From sequence record MH051913: a stretch of 64,000 bases of DNA. One strand, given 5' to 3'. Under the pieces are notes generated by a model. That model saw only the letters and a list, made by a program, of their open reading frames with translations. It was not told the DNA's origin and ran no database searches. Source of the stretch: Enterobacteria phage vB_EcoM_IME281. Positions 53,879 through 61,599 of this stretch are shown here, in pieces (positions within the stretch are counted from its first letter, which is position 1; each line of letters opens with the position of its first letter). The translations under genes were made by a program, and so were the position numbers.

Positions 53879-54493
53879 ATGTTATATCCAAGCCATAAAT
53901 TAGCAGAATTTATCAACAATGCCAAATGCGATGATTTCCGTGAGAATACTCAGATAGAAATTGATGAGGTGTATTCTGATTTAGAACAGAGCACGCTCTG
54001 GCAGTGTATGGAAAATAAACCTGATTCTATCCAGGAAACTCTGAACAAAATTATTCGTAAGAACCTGACTTCTGTAGTGCCTGATAAGCTCTATCGCGGT
54101 ATATCTAAAAAGACCCTGAAGTATCTAGAGTCCACAATGTGTGTGGGTGCGGTAATTGAATTCGACCGTGTGATGAGCTTCTCTAAAGACTTCAACGTAG
54201 CAAGGAATTTCGCATCTTATAACTTCTACGGCACATTTAATATCTTTTGTATTAATGATGCGCCATTTGTGTACAATTATCAGGAAGAAATCTTTAAAAT
54301 GTTATGTGCTGCGCCCCCTGAAGAGTTCCCAGGCGCATTTCCTGAATCTACACGTGTAGCAAACTTACAATTAATTAATGATGAAGATGAGATGATGTTC
54401 CCTGCGGGAACTACGCTGCGCGTAGACTCTATTGAGAGAAATCCTAAATGGAATAATTACACCATTTGGAATCTTTCCGTTCTTTCTTACTGA
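53879..54493 (+). CDS. ADP-ribosyltransferase, ModA/ModB-like paralog
   Basis: LYRGIS, SFSK, EDEMMF; tandem paralog of the preceding gene. Confidence 0.7.
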   Translation: MLYPSHKLAEFINNAKCDDFRENTQIEIDEVYSDLEQSTLWQCMENKPDSIQETLNKIIRKNLTSVVPDKLYRGISKKTLKYLESTMCVGAVIEFDRVMSFSKDFNVARNFASYNFYGTFNIFCINDAPFVYNYQEEIFKMLCAAPPEEFPGAFPESTRVANLQLINDEDEMMFPAGTTLRVDSIERNPKWNNYTIWNLSVLSY

Positions 54494-54562
54494 ACCACCC
54501 GGTTTAATTGAAAGGCAAAGTCCTTGATTCATTATACCGTTGAAAATTTAAAGCAAAAAAGT

Positions 54563-54600
54563 GTTTACTTTATCAAGCAACATGATACTAGACCTATCAA
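54563..54600 (+). promoter_or_regulatory. early promoter cassette (PeSL-like)
   Basis: GTTTAC-N17-TACTAG-ACCTATCAACTA (one-base deletion relative to consensus). Confidence 0.6.
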
Positions 54601-54629
54601 CTAATCGTCCGTAAGATGAGAAAAATATC

Positions 54630-55379
54630 ATGCCTACTATTAAAACTAACGATGAATTTGAGTTAAAGGTTTACAACCGCCGCAAACACACCAAAGCTTC
54701 TGCTTATAAACGTGGTAAGGACTTCAATCTGTCTAGTAAATATGTTCGTAGACTTCTCGAACAAAAAGTGTGCGCTTATTCAGGCGAGTACTTTGATGAA
54801 AATTCAGTTAATGATAAGATTTCATTTGAACGTTTTAACAACGATATCGGCTATATTGAGGGTAATGTAATCCCAGTTAAAGTTAAGTATAACAGCTTAC
54901 GTGCCGATTTGTCCCTTGATGAACTGAAACGTGCTCAGACTCGTTTAGCAGTTCGTATTTCAGGTAGTTCTAAAATGCCTAATAGTTTTAAAGTTACCCC
55001 TGATAATTATTATAAAATCCGTAAAATCGTTAAAAATATAAAAGATACCCAAAGAGGTCTTAAAAAACGTGAAAAACGTCTTAAAGACCTTATTAAATCA
55101 GGAGCTACTGATAAGACTCCTTCTGTTATCGCAGTTAAGGCCCGTATCCACGGTTCTAATGCTTCAATCGGTACTATGGAAAAAGGTCTTAAATCTTTAA
55201 TTGGTGGACCTGACTGGCGTGTCAAGTTTAAATTGTCTGAAGCAGAAACGCGTTACGATATGTATGATAAAATTATTCAAGGTCTGGAGCGTTTAGAACA
55301 CCTTTCTTTTATTGACAAATTGAAGTTGAAAAAAGGTCTTCCGCTGAATGCTTCAATTTTTTCACTGATTAGAGGTTAA
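54630..55379 (+). CDS. hypothetical basic protein (Srd-like by size and position)
   Basis: 249-aa ORF downstream of early promoter; between mod-like genes and dda. Confidence 0.45.
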   Translation: MPTIKTNDEFELKVYNRRKHTKASAYKRGKDFNLSSKYVRRLLEQKVCAYSGEYFDENSVNDKISFERFNNDIGYIEGNVIPVKVKYNSLRADLSLDELKRAQTRLAVRISGSSKMPNSFKVTPDNYYKIRKIVKNIKDTQRGLKKREKRLKDLIKSGATDKTPSVIAVKARIHGSNASIGTMEKGLKSLIGGPDWRVKFKLSEAETRYDMYDKIIQGLERLEHLSFIDKLKLKKGLPLNASIFSLIRG

Positions 55380-55380
55380 C

Positions 55381-55680
55381 GTGATGTACTATGCATACGT
55401 ATTGGTTCACAAGGACAAAGACGGGTATGAAATTCCGTTAGAAGATGCCGGTGAAGTGACTTTGTATTCGACAAAGATTGGGGCTGACACTGCTTTAGAG
55501 GCTTATGAAATCTCAACAAAAAGATATCTTCGGCTTGGACGCCTTGAAACAGTGTGCACGCCAAGAAAGTGGTGGTTTGATAAGTGGGAAACTAAAACAG
55601 TTTTTCCTACCAAAGAACGGGCCCGAGAATTAAAATTGATTTTAGACACTTTATATGTTAAGCGAGTAAAATTGGCATGA
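55381..55680 (+). CDS. hypothetical protein
   Basis: 99-aa ORF immediately upstream of dda. Confidence 0.5.
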   Translation: MMYYAYVLVHKDKDGYEIPLEDAGEVTLYSTKIGADTALEAYEISTKRYLRLGRLETVCTPRKWWFDKWETKTVFPTKERARELKLILDTLYVKRVKLA

Positions 55681-57008
55681 TTACATTTGAAGACTTGAAT
55701 ATCGGGCAACGGACGGCCTTTAAAGAAATCATTGAAGCTATTAAACGACGTAAGGGCGAATGGATTACATTGAATGGTCCTGCAGGTACAGGTAAAACGA
55801 CCCTTACTAAATTTATCCTTGACCACTTAGTCAAGAATGGCGAACTCGGAGTTATTTTGACCGCACCTACACACGCGGCCAAGAAGGTATTGTCGAAACT
55901 CGCAGGCCAAGAAGCATCGACAATCCACCGAATCTTAAAGATTAACCCGACTACATACGAAGACCAGGATATTTTTGAACAACGTGAAGCTCCTGACTTG
56001 AGCAAATGTAATGTTCTTGTGGTCGACGAAGGCTCAATGATTGACGGCAAGCTGTTTAAGATTATCGAAGCTTCGGTTCCACCATGGTGCACTGTACTAG
56101 GGATTGGCGACCGAGCACAGTTACAACCTGTAGAACCAGGAAGTGATGGAAGCCCTCAGTTGTCTCCATTCTTTACTCATCCTAAAATTAAACAGCTGCA
56201 CCTTACTGAAGTAATGCGTAGTAATGCTCCCATCATTGAGGTTGCTACTGAAATCCGTAATGGTGGATGGTTCCGAGATTGTATATTCGAAGGTCACGGT
56301 GTCCATGGTTTTAAATCTCAAACGGCTTTAAAAGATTTTATGATGAATTATTTTTCCATCGTAAAAGATGCCGATGCCTTGTTTGAGAATAGGATGTTTG
56401 CTTATACAAATAAATCAGTTGAAAAACTGAATAGTATTATTCGTAAAAAGCTTTATGAAACCGATGCGCCTTATATCAAGGGCGAAATCCTCGTGATGCA
56501 AGAGCCTTTTATTAAGGAACTTGAATACGACGGTAAGAAATTCTCTGAAACCATTTTTAATAACGGCCAGATGGTTCGTATTTTAGATGTGAACCACACC
56601 TCATTGTTCTTGTCTGCCAAGGATGTAGGCACTCGCCAGATGATTAATTACTGGGACCTCCAGGTTGAATCTGTTGATGAGGATGACGAGTACTATGTAG
56701 AACACTTGAAAGTTATTGATGAGGCTTCAGTTGAGAAGTTCCATTATTTCTTGGCTAAGGTGGCTACTGAGTACAAGGCTATGCGTGGAACTGGTAAGAA
56801 ACCTAAGTGGGCTGATTTCTGGAAAGCTAAGCGAATGTTCACTAAGGTTCGAGCTCTTCCGGTGAGCACTGTTCATAAATCACAGGGTCTTACTGTCCAA
56901 AACAGTTTCATCTATACTCCGTGCATGCACATGGCAGATGCCAATTTAGCTTCACAGCTGGCTTATGTTAGTATTACCCGTGCTCGTACTGATGCCTATT
57001 ATGTTTGA
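55677..57008 (+). CDS. dda: SF1 DNA helicase Dda
   Basis: Walker A GPAGTGKTT, Walker B VVDEGSM; 443 aa. Confidence 0.93.
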   Translation: MITFEDLNIGQRTAFKEIIEAIKRRKGEWITLNGPAGTGKTTLTKFILDHLVKNGELGVILTAPTHAAKKVLSKLAGQEASTIHRILKINPTTYEDQDIFEQREAPDLSKCNVLVVDEGSMIDGKLFKIIEASVPPWCTVLGIGDRAQLQPVEPGSDGSPQLSPFFTHPKIKQLHLTEVMRSNAPIIEVATEIRNGGWFRDCIFEGHGVHGFKSQTALKDFMMNYFSIVKDADALFENRMFAYTNKSVEKLNSIIRKKLYETDAPYIKGEILVMQEPFIKELEYDGKKFSETIFNNGQMVRILDVNHTSLFLSAKDVGTRQMINYWDLQVESVDEDDEYYVEHLKVIDEASVEKFHYFLAKVATEYKAMRGTGKKPKWADFWKAKRMFTKVRALPVSTVHKSQGLTVQNSFIYTPCMHMADANLASQLAYVSITRARTDAYYV

Positions 57009-57015
57009 GGAAAAT

Positions 57016-57255
57016 ATGATTAAAGTAACTAAAGACCAATTTTATAAGTTGAAATTCGAGACGGAATATATTATTAAGGTCAACCCAGACGATACAAATA
57101 TCCGTGGCAAGGCTCATAAGGTCTTGCATTCACTTAAAGAGATTGAAAGTGATTTTATTGCAGTGCAAAAACTGATGGACGACAATATCTCTTCGGTTTA
57201 TATTGAAGACTATACTGTTGGCCAAATCCGAGACCTTATGAGGTACGTTAAATGA
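57016..57255 (+). CDS. hypothetical protein
   Basis: ORF from MIKVTKDQ after GAGGAAAATATG. Confidence 0.5.
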   Translation: MIKVTKDQFYKLKFETEYIIKVNPDDTNIRGKAHKVLHSLKEIESDFIAVQKLMDDNISSVYIEDYTVGQIRDLMRYVK

Positions 57256-57926
57256 AAGATATAATTATTGACTTCGAAACCTTTGCCACTACCCAAAATG
57301 CAGCAGTTATAGACCTCGCCGTAATTGCTTATGACCCCAATCCAGAGGTAGTAGAATCGTTTGAAGAGCTTACTCAACGCGGCCTTCGTATTAAATTCGA
57401 TTTGGCTTCTCAACGCGATAAACGTCTGTTCTCTAAAAGCACATTGCAATGGTGGAAAGAACAAGGACCTGAAGCACGTAAAAACCTGGCTCCGTCCGAA
57501 ATTGATGTGAGTACTTCTATCGGCATTGGTAATTTCCTGGAATACTGCCGTAAAAACGAAGTGGACCAATGGAAATCGCAGATGTGGTGCCGCGGAATGT
57601 CCTTTGACTTTCCAATCTTAGTGGACCTTATTCGCGATGCTTATCGTTCTGAAGGTGTTCCTGAGAACGAAATCGATACCACTAAGTTGGAACCGGTTAA
57701 ATTCTGGAACCAACGTGATATCCGCACGGCCATTGAAGCCTATTCATTGACGCGTGGATTAAGCATGTGCCCTCTGCCTAACGGAACATTGAATGGCTTT
57801 GTAGCCCATGACTCTATCCATGACTGTGCTAAGGATATCTTGATGCTGAAATATGCCCAACGATATGCTTTAAACCTGGAAGATGTTCCTGAGAATCCGG
57901 ACCCATTAAGTGTAAAAAATCGATAA
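57252..57926 (+). CDS. dexA: exonuclease A (DnaQ-like 3'-5' exonuclease)
   Basis: IIDFETF exo motif I; CRGMSFDFPILVDLIRD and FVAHDSIHDCAKD as in T4 DexA. Confidence 0.88.
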   Translation: MKDIIIDFETFATTQNAAVIDLAVIAYDPNPEVVESFEELTQRGLRIKFDLASQRDKRLFSKSTLQWWKEQGPEARKNLAPSEIDVSTSIGIGNFLEYCRKNEVDQWKSQMWCRGMSFDFPILVDLIRDAYRSEGVPENEIDTTKLEPVKFWNQRDIRTAIEAYSLTRGLSMCPLPNGTLNGFVAHDSIHDCAKDILMLKYAQRYALNLEDVPENPDPLSVKNR

Positions 57927-57930
57927 AAGT

Positions 57931-57982
57931 GTTTACTTCTCCTCATGACATGATATTATCTACCCTATCAACATGAGGAGAA
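57931..57982 (+). promoter_or_regulatory. early promoter cassette (PeSL-like)
   Basis: GTTTAC-N17-TATTAT; perfect 11-bp inverted repeat TTCTCCTCATG/CATGAGGAGAA. Confidence 0.7.
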
Positions 57983-57986
57983 CAAA

Positions 57987-58496
57987 ATGAAAATTTATCG
58001 AGTTGAGTCATCGTTCAGTATCTTAGATGATGGAAACGCTATCACAATACGACGAGACCTCTGTACCCAAATGACCCCGTATAGAAGTACAACAGACTCA
58101 TGGAGTGAAGGCTGGTTATTAGAAGTAGGTTTAGACAGACCTATTTTTAGACATCATCATAGCATTAATAAAAATATCCCACTACCAAGTCAAGATAAGT
58201 TGCTGGTAGAAAATTCTAATAAAACCATTAGAACTAAGTGGAAACGACCTGATTATGAAGGCTGCGACGATTATATTCCAGGCTGGTTTGTTAACCTCTA
58301 CCATTTTGCTTTTGCCAGTGAGTATGATATGATGCGCTGGTTCACTCGTGAAGAGCGTAAAGAATTATCTTCTAAAGGATTCTATCTTGCTGTTTACGAA
58401 ATACCTGAAGATGAGGTTGTCATTGGTGGCCGCCAAGTAATGTTCCGCAAATCCTATGCCGAACTCGTAGATTTTATTGAATTGAGAACAATATGA
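57987..58496 (+). CDS. hypothetical protein
   Basis: 169-aa ORF downstream of early promoter cassette. Confidence 0.55.
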   Translation: MKIYRVESSFSILDDGNAITIRRDLCTQMTPYRSTTDSWSEGWLLEVGLDRPIFRHHHSINKNIPLPSQDKLLVENSNKTIRTKWKRPDYEGCDDYIPGWFVNLYHFAFASEYDMMRWFTREERKELSSKGFYLAVYEIPEDEVVIGGRQVMFRKSYAELVDFIELRTI

Positions 58497-59041
58497 AATT
58501 TAATTACAACCCTAAATACACCCCGAATCCGGCAGCTAAACTGATTGATTTTGATGTTTTAAGCACTTATGTATGCCCTGTTAAACCACTGGAAATTAAG
58601 GAAACCACTATGACTACTCAGACTATCGAAATCGGCAAAACCTACAAACTGGTTGAACCTGAAATTAAAACTAAGGCCTTGATTTCTGGTTATAAAACTC
58701 TGACTGATGTTTTTGGCGAAGGCGAATTTATTGTTGAAGAATTCGCCAAAAGTGAGTGGTTTGACAAATCTTACGTCATCCACGGTCGCCGGTTAGATAA
58801 TAACAAAATAGAGAAAAACCTGGTTTATGAAGATGAGTTCATCCTGTTCCAAGAAGTTGAAGAACAAGGCCCTACCGACCTGTTGTGTGCTGCTGTGGCT
58901 ATCCGTCGTCCTTTTGATAATCCTATCTGTGGTTGGGTAACAGACCAGTGGATTGAAGATGGTGTTGAACTCCTGAACGTTGTACATGCTGGTGATTTTA
59001 GCATAGTACCTCGTAGTGCAGTGGTTAACGTATTGAATTAA
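58493..59041 (+). CDS. hypothetical protein, paralog pair member A (shared TDQW[IV]E[DG]GV C-domain)
   Basis: 182-aa ORF. Confidence 0.55.
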   Translation: MKFNYNPKYTPNPAAKLIDFDVLSTYVCPVKPLEIKETTMTTQTIEIGKTYKLVEPEIKTKALISGYKTLTDVFGEGEFIVEEFAKSEWFDKSYVIHGRRLDNNKIEKNLVYEDEFILFQEVEEQGPTDLLCAAVAIRRPFDNPICGWVTDQWIEDGVELLNVVHAGDFSIVPRSAVVNVLN

Positions 59042-59043
59042 TA

Positions 59044-59079
59044 GTTTACTTTATCGAGAGCCATGTTATAATGGCTCTC
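59044..59079 (+). promoter_or_regulatory. early promoter
   Basis: GTTTAC-N17-TATAAT; 9-bp inverted repeat GAGAGCCAT/ATGGCTCTC flanks -10. Confidence 0.6.
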
Positions 59080-59114
59080 ATGGATTATAAACCTTTAACC
59101 AAGAGAGAAAAATT

Positions 59115-59681
59115 ATGATTACTATTTCCGATATCGGCAGTATCGTTCGTGTATCCAAAAAGTCTCGTTCAAAAGCTGCGGGCAGTTTAGTTGAAGTTGT
59201 TAGCATCCAACTTAAAGAAGGTGACAGTGAAGAAAATTATGAAGTAAAAGTTCGTATCATTCCTAAAAATCGCCAGACTGAAACTCAATTCGGTTATGTG
59301 CGTGCTAAATTCTTGGAATCGACTGAATTTACCGGGTACATCGCTCCTGTAGTTGAAGAAGTTGAATCCCATGATGGGTATGTATGTGAAAGCAATGATA
59401 TCCGTGGCGTAGTAGCTCAAGACGTTGAAACTATCGACCAGTCCCATGTTGGCGTTGATTTCAAATGGAAATTAGGTCGAGGAGTGTGTTTTAATACTCC
59501 TAAACCGTTCAAATATGTTGACGAACCTTTTGGTACTTACGAAACCAGTAGCATGTCTGGTTACATCACAGACCAGTGGGTTGAAGGTGGCGTTAAGCTC
59601 TATAACATCGTGTTCCTTGGAACCTTTAAGGTTGTTCCTGAAAGCTTTATTGTTGAATATGCTAACATTCACCGTGCATAA
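59115..59681 (+). CDS. hypothetical protein, paralog pair member B
   Basis: 188-aa ORF; C-terminal ITDQWVEGGVKLYNIVF matches member A. Confidence 0.55.
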   Translation: MITISDIGSIVRVSKKSRSKAAGSLVEVVSIQLKEGDSEENYEVKVRIIPKNRQTETQFGYVRAKFLESTEFTGYIAPVVEEVESHDGYVCESNDIRGVVAQDVETIDQSHVGVDFKWKLGRGVCFNTPKPFKYVDEPFGTYETSSMSGYITDQWVEGGVKLYNIVFLGTFKVVPESFIVEYANIHRA

Positions 59682-59694
59682 AGTTTAAAAAATA

Positions 59695-59745
59695 GTATAC
59701 AATACGGTAGGGTAGTGATACTATTTACCCTATCAACAAATGAGA
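59695..59745 (+). promoter_or_regulatory. early promoter cassette (PeSL-like)
   Basis: GTATAC-N18-TACTAT then TTTACCCTATCAA; inverted repeat TAGGGTA/TACCCTA. Confidence 0.55.
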
Positions 59746-59755
59746 GGAAAATAAA

Positions 59756-59974
59756 ATGGCTAAAGTTACTGTGAACTCGACTCGTGAAGAATTTGAAGAT
59801 GTTCTGTTCAACCCTGATTTAATCGTGGTTCAAAAGGAACATTCTGATACGTTTTCTCATTTATCGTCGGTTTATGTATACGAAAATCAAGGTGATAAAA
59901 ACCCTATCTATGCAGTGTTCCGTGAAATCACTGCTGAAGGCACCGACTTCTGGAAGGAAACTTACAATGCTTAA
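59756..59974 (+). CDS. hypothetical protein
   Basis: 72-aa ORF downstream of early promoter. Confidence 0.5.
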   Translation: MAKVTVNSTREEFEDVLFNPDLIVVQKEHSDTFSHLSSVYVYENQGDKNPIYAVFREITAEGTDFWKETYNA

Positions 59975-60404
59975 TCAAGAACTCGAATTTGAAAAAGGTA
60001 AATGGTACTATTTTAAAGATGACGCTGCAGAAGCTGAATTCCGTAAGCTGAATGCCCATAATATTAGGAATCCTGATAATTCTAGCTTAGCCGATATTAT
60101 TGTCAATGCTGAAGGGTTTTGCCCTGTTAGATTAGCGGCAGGTTATGTGATGAACGTGGACTTGGCTTATGGTGATAACATTGATATGGTTTTATATCCA
60201 AGCGAGCGTAAATTCTTTACGGAAATGGTTGTAGTTGACAGTGAAGACGAATGGGCCGAAGATGGTTTTTCTGAAGACGAAGACCAGTCTGAAGATGCAG
60301 CCCCATCTGAACCGAGTGATTTCCCTTTGACTAAAATCACTATCTCTAATAATTCTGAAGCCTGGACTGTTTACCAGATGCTGAAAGCGCACTTTAAGGA
60401 ATAA
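59967..60404 (+). CDS. hypothetical acidic protein
   Basis: ORF from MLNQELEF. Confidence 0.5.
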   Translation: MLNQELEFEKGKWYYFKDDAAEAEFRKLNAHNIRNPDNSSLADIIVNAEGFCPVRLAAGYVMNVDLAYGDNIDMVLYPSERKFFTEMVVVDSEDEWAEDGFSEDEDQSEDAAPSEPSDFPLTKITISNNSEAWTVYQMLKAHFKE

Positions 60405-60405
60405 T

Positions 60406-60582
60406 ATGCCACTTTATGATTACAAATGCCAATCCGAAGACTGTGCAAAAGAATACGAAAAAATCAAGAAAATCTCTGAAAGAGATAATGATGTTTGCCC
60501 TGATTGCCATCGGCCGGCTGTTCGGCTAGTTTCAGCTCCTAAACATGTTAACGGCGGGTTCTATGACCTGCTAACTAAGTGA
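60406..60582 (+). CDS. FmdB-family zinc-ribbon protein
   Basis: MPLYDYKCQSEDCAKEYE...CPDCHRP pattern. Confidence 0.55.
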   Translation: MPLYDYKCQSEDCAKEYEKIKKISERDNDVCPDCHRPAVRLVSAPKHVNGGFYDLLTK

Positions 60583-60588
60583 GAAATT

Positions 60589-60849
60589 ATGAAATATGTT
60601 AATCGTTCTATTGCGGCTCTTGTACTAGCAGTTTCGTTGGTTGGTTGTACTGATGCTGATAATGCTGTTAAAGTTTTGAATGCAAACGGGTTCGATCAGG
60701 TCCAAATCACAGGTTATAGCTTGTTTGGATGTTCTGAAGATGACTTCCAACGTACAGGATTCATTGCTGTAGGTCCTACAGGTAAAACTGTTAAGGGTAC
60801 CGTGTGCTCAGGATTACTGTTTAAAAACTCTACTATTCGATTCGAATAA
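60589..60849 (+). CDS. predicted lipoprotein
   Basis: Signal peptide with lipobox LVGC; terminator follows. Confidence 0.55.
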   Translation: MKYVNRSIAALVLAVSLVGCTDADNAVKVLNANGFDQVQITGYSLFGCSEDDFQRTGFIAVGPTGKTVKGTVCSGLLFKNSTIRFE

Positions 60850-60868
60850 GGGCTTCGGCCCTTTTTTT
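60849..60868 (+). terminator. intrinsic terminator
   Basis: GGGC-UUCG-GCCC then TTTTTTT. Confidence 0.7.
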
Positions 60869-60898
60869 GTTTACGCTCCAATAAAGCCATGATATAAT
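60869..60898 (+). promoter_or_regulatory. early promoter upstream of GIY-YIG endonuclease
   Basis: GTTTAC-N18-TATAAT with TG. Confidence 0.6.
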
Positions 60899-60921
60899 CT
60901 TCATAAATTAAAGGAGGATGT

Positions 60922-61599
60922 ATGTTTATAGTTTACTTGACGATTTATTCCGGAGACAAATTACCTCCATTTTATATAGGTTCGACTAGCCTAGAAAAAC
61001 ATTTAAACGGATACCACGGCTCCGTAAAATCTAAAAAGTACCAAGAGATTTACAAGTCTGAATTGGCTGCCCATCCTGAGCTTTTCGATAGTTTGATAGT
61101 TGAAGAATTCGAGACAAGAGAAGAAGCTACTAAAGCGGAGTATAAGTATCAAGTCCTTAATAATGCGGCTAAATCTGATTTATTTTTTAATAGAGCAACT
61201 GCAGCACCTAAAGGATTTTTCGGCTCCGACGTTAGTAAAGAAAACAATCCTTTCTTTAACAAACATCATTCTCATGAAACTATAAAAATCCAATCAGGCC
61301 TTAAATTAGGTGAACTTAACCCTATGTATGGGATTAAACGCCCTGAACATTCCAAAGCAATGGCTAAAGAAAACAACCCTTTCTTTGGTAAGAAACATAC
61401 AGACGAGGCCTTAATCAAATGCGGTCTTAAAAATCGTAAAAGCCCTGTTTGGGAATATGAATCCGCTTTAGAAGATTTATGGTTAGAATTAGATAAACCT
61501 AAACTGGCTAAATTCATGAAAGAAAGTATTAAACGTGGATTTCCTGAAGGGTCCTATAAAAATATTTTAAAACAATTCGAGAGAAAACATAATGATTGA
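60922..61599 (+). CDS. GIY-YIG homing endonuclease (Seg-like) with NUMOD3-type repeats
   Basis: GIY-YIG core VYLTIYSGDKLPPFYIGST; three NP[FM][FY]GK repeats. Confidence 0.85.
   Translation: MFIVYLTIYSGDKLPPFYIGSTSLEKHLNGYHGSVKSKKYQEIYKSELAAHPELFDSLIVEEFETREEATKAEYKYQVLNNAAKSDLFFNRATAAPKGFFGSDVSKENNPFFNKHHSHETIKIQSGLKLGELNPMYGIKRPEHSKAMAKENNPFFGKKHTDEALIKCGLKNRKSPVWEYESALEDLWLELDKPKLAKFMKESIKRGFPEGSYKNILKQFERKHND
60922..61599 (+). mobile_element. free-standing GIY-YIG homing endonuclease gene abutting gene 39
   Basis: Own early promoter; 3' end overlaps start of topoisomerase gene by 8 nt. Confidence 0.65.

Noticed and set aside
54630-55379. HNH endonuclease assignment for the 249-aa basic protein
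   Set aside because: The C-x-Y-x-G…ER…GY pattern lacks the catalytic His/Asn of HNH motifs; size and position instead fit the T4 srd locus, so it is called hypothetical/Srd-like.
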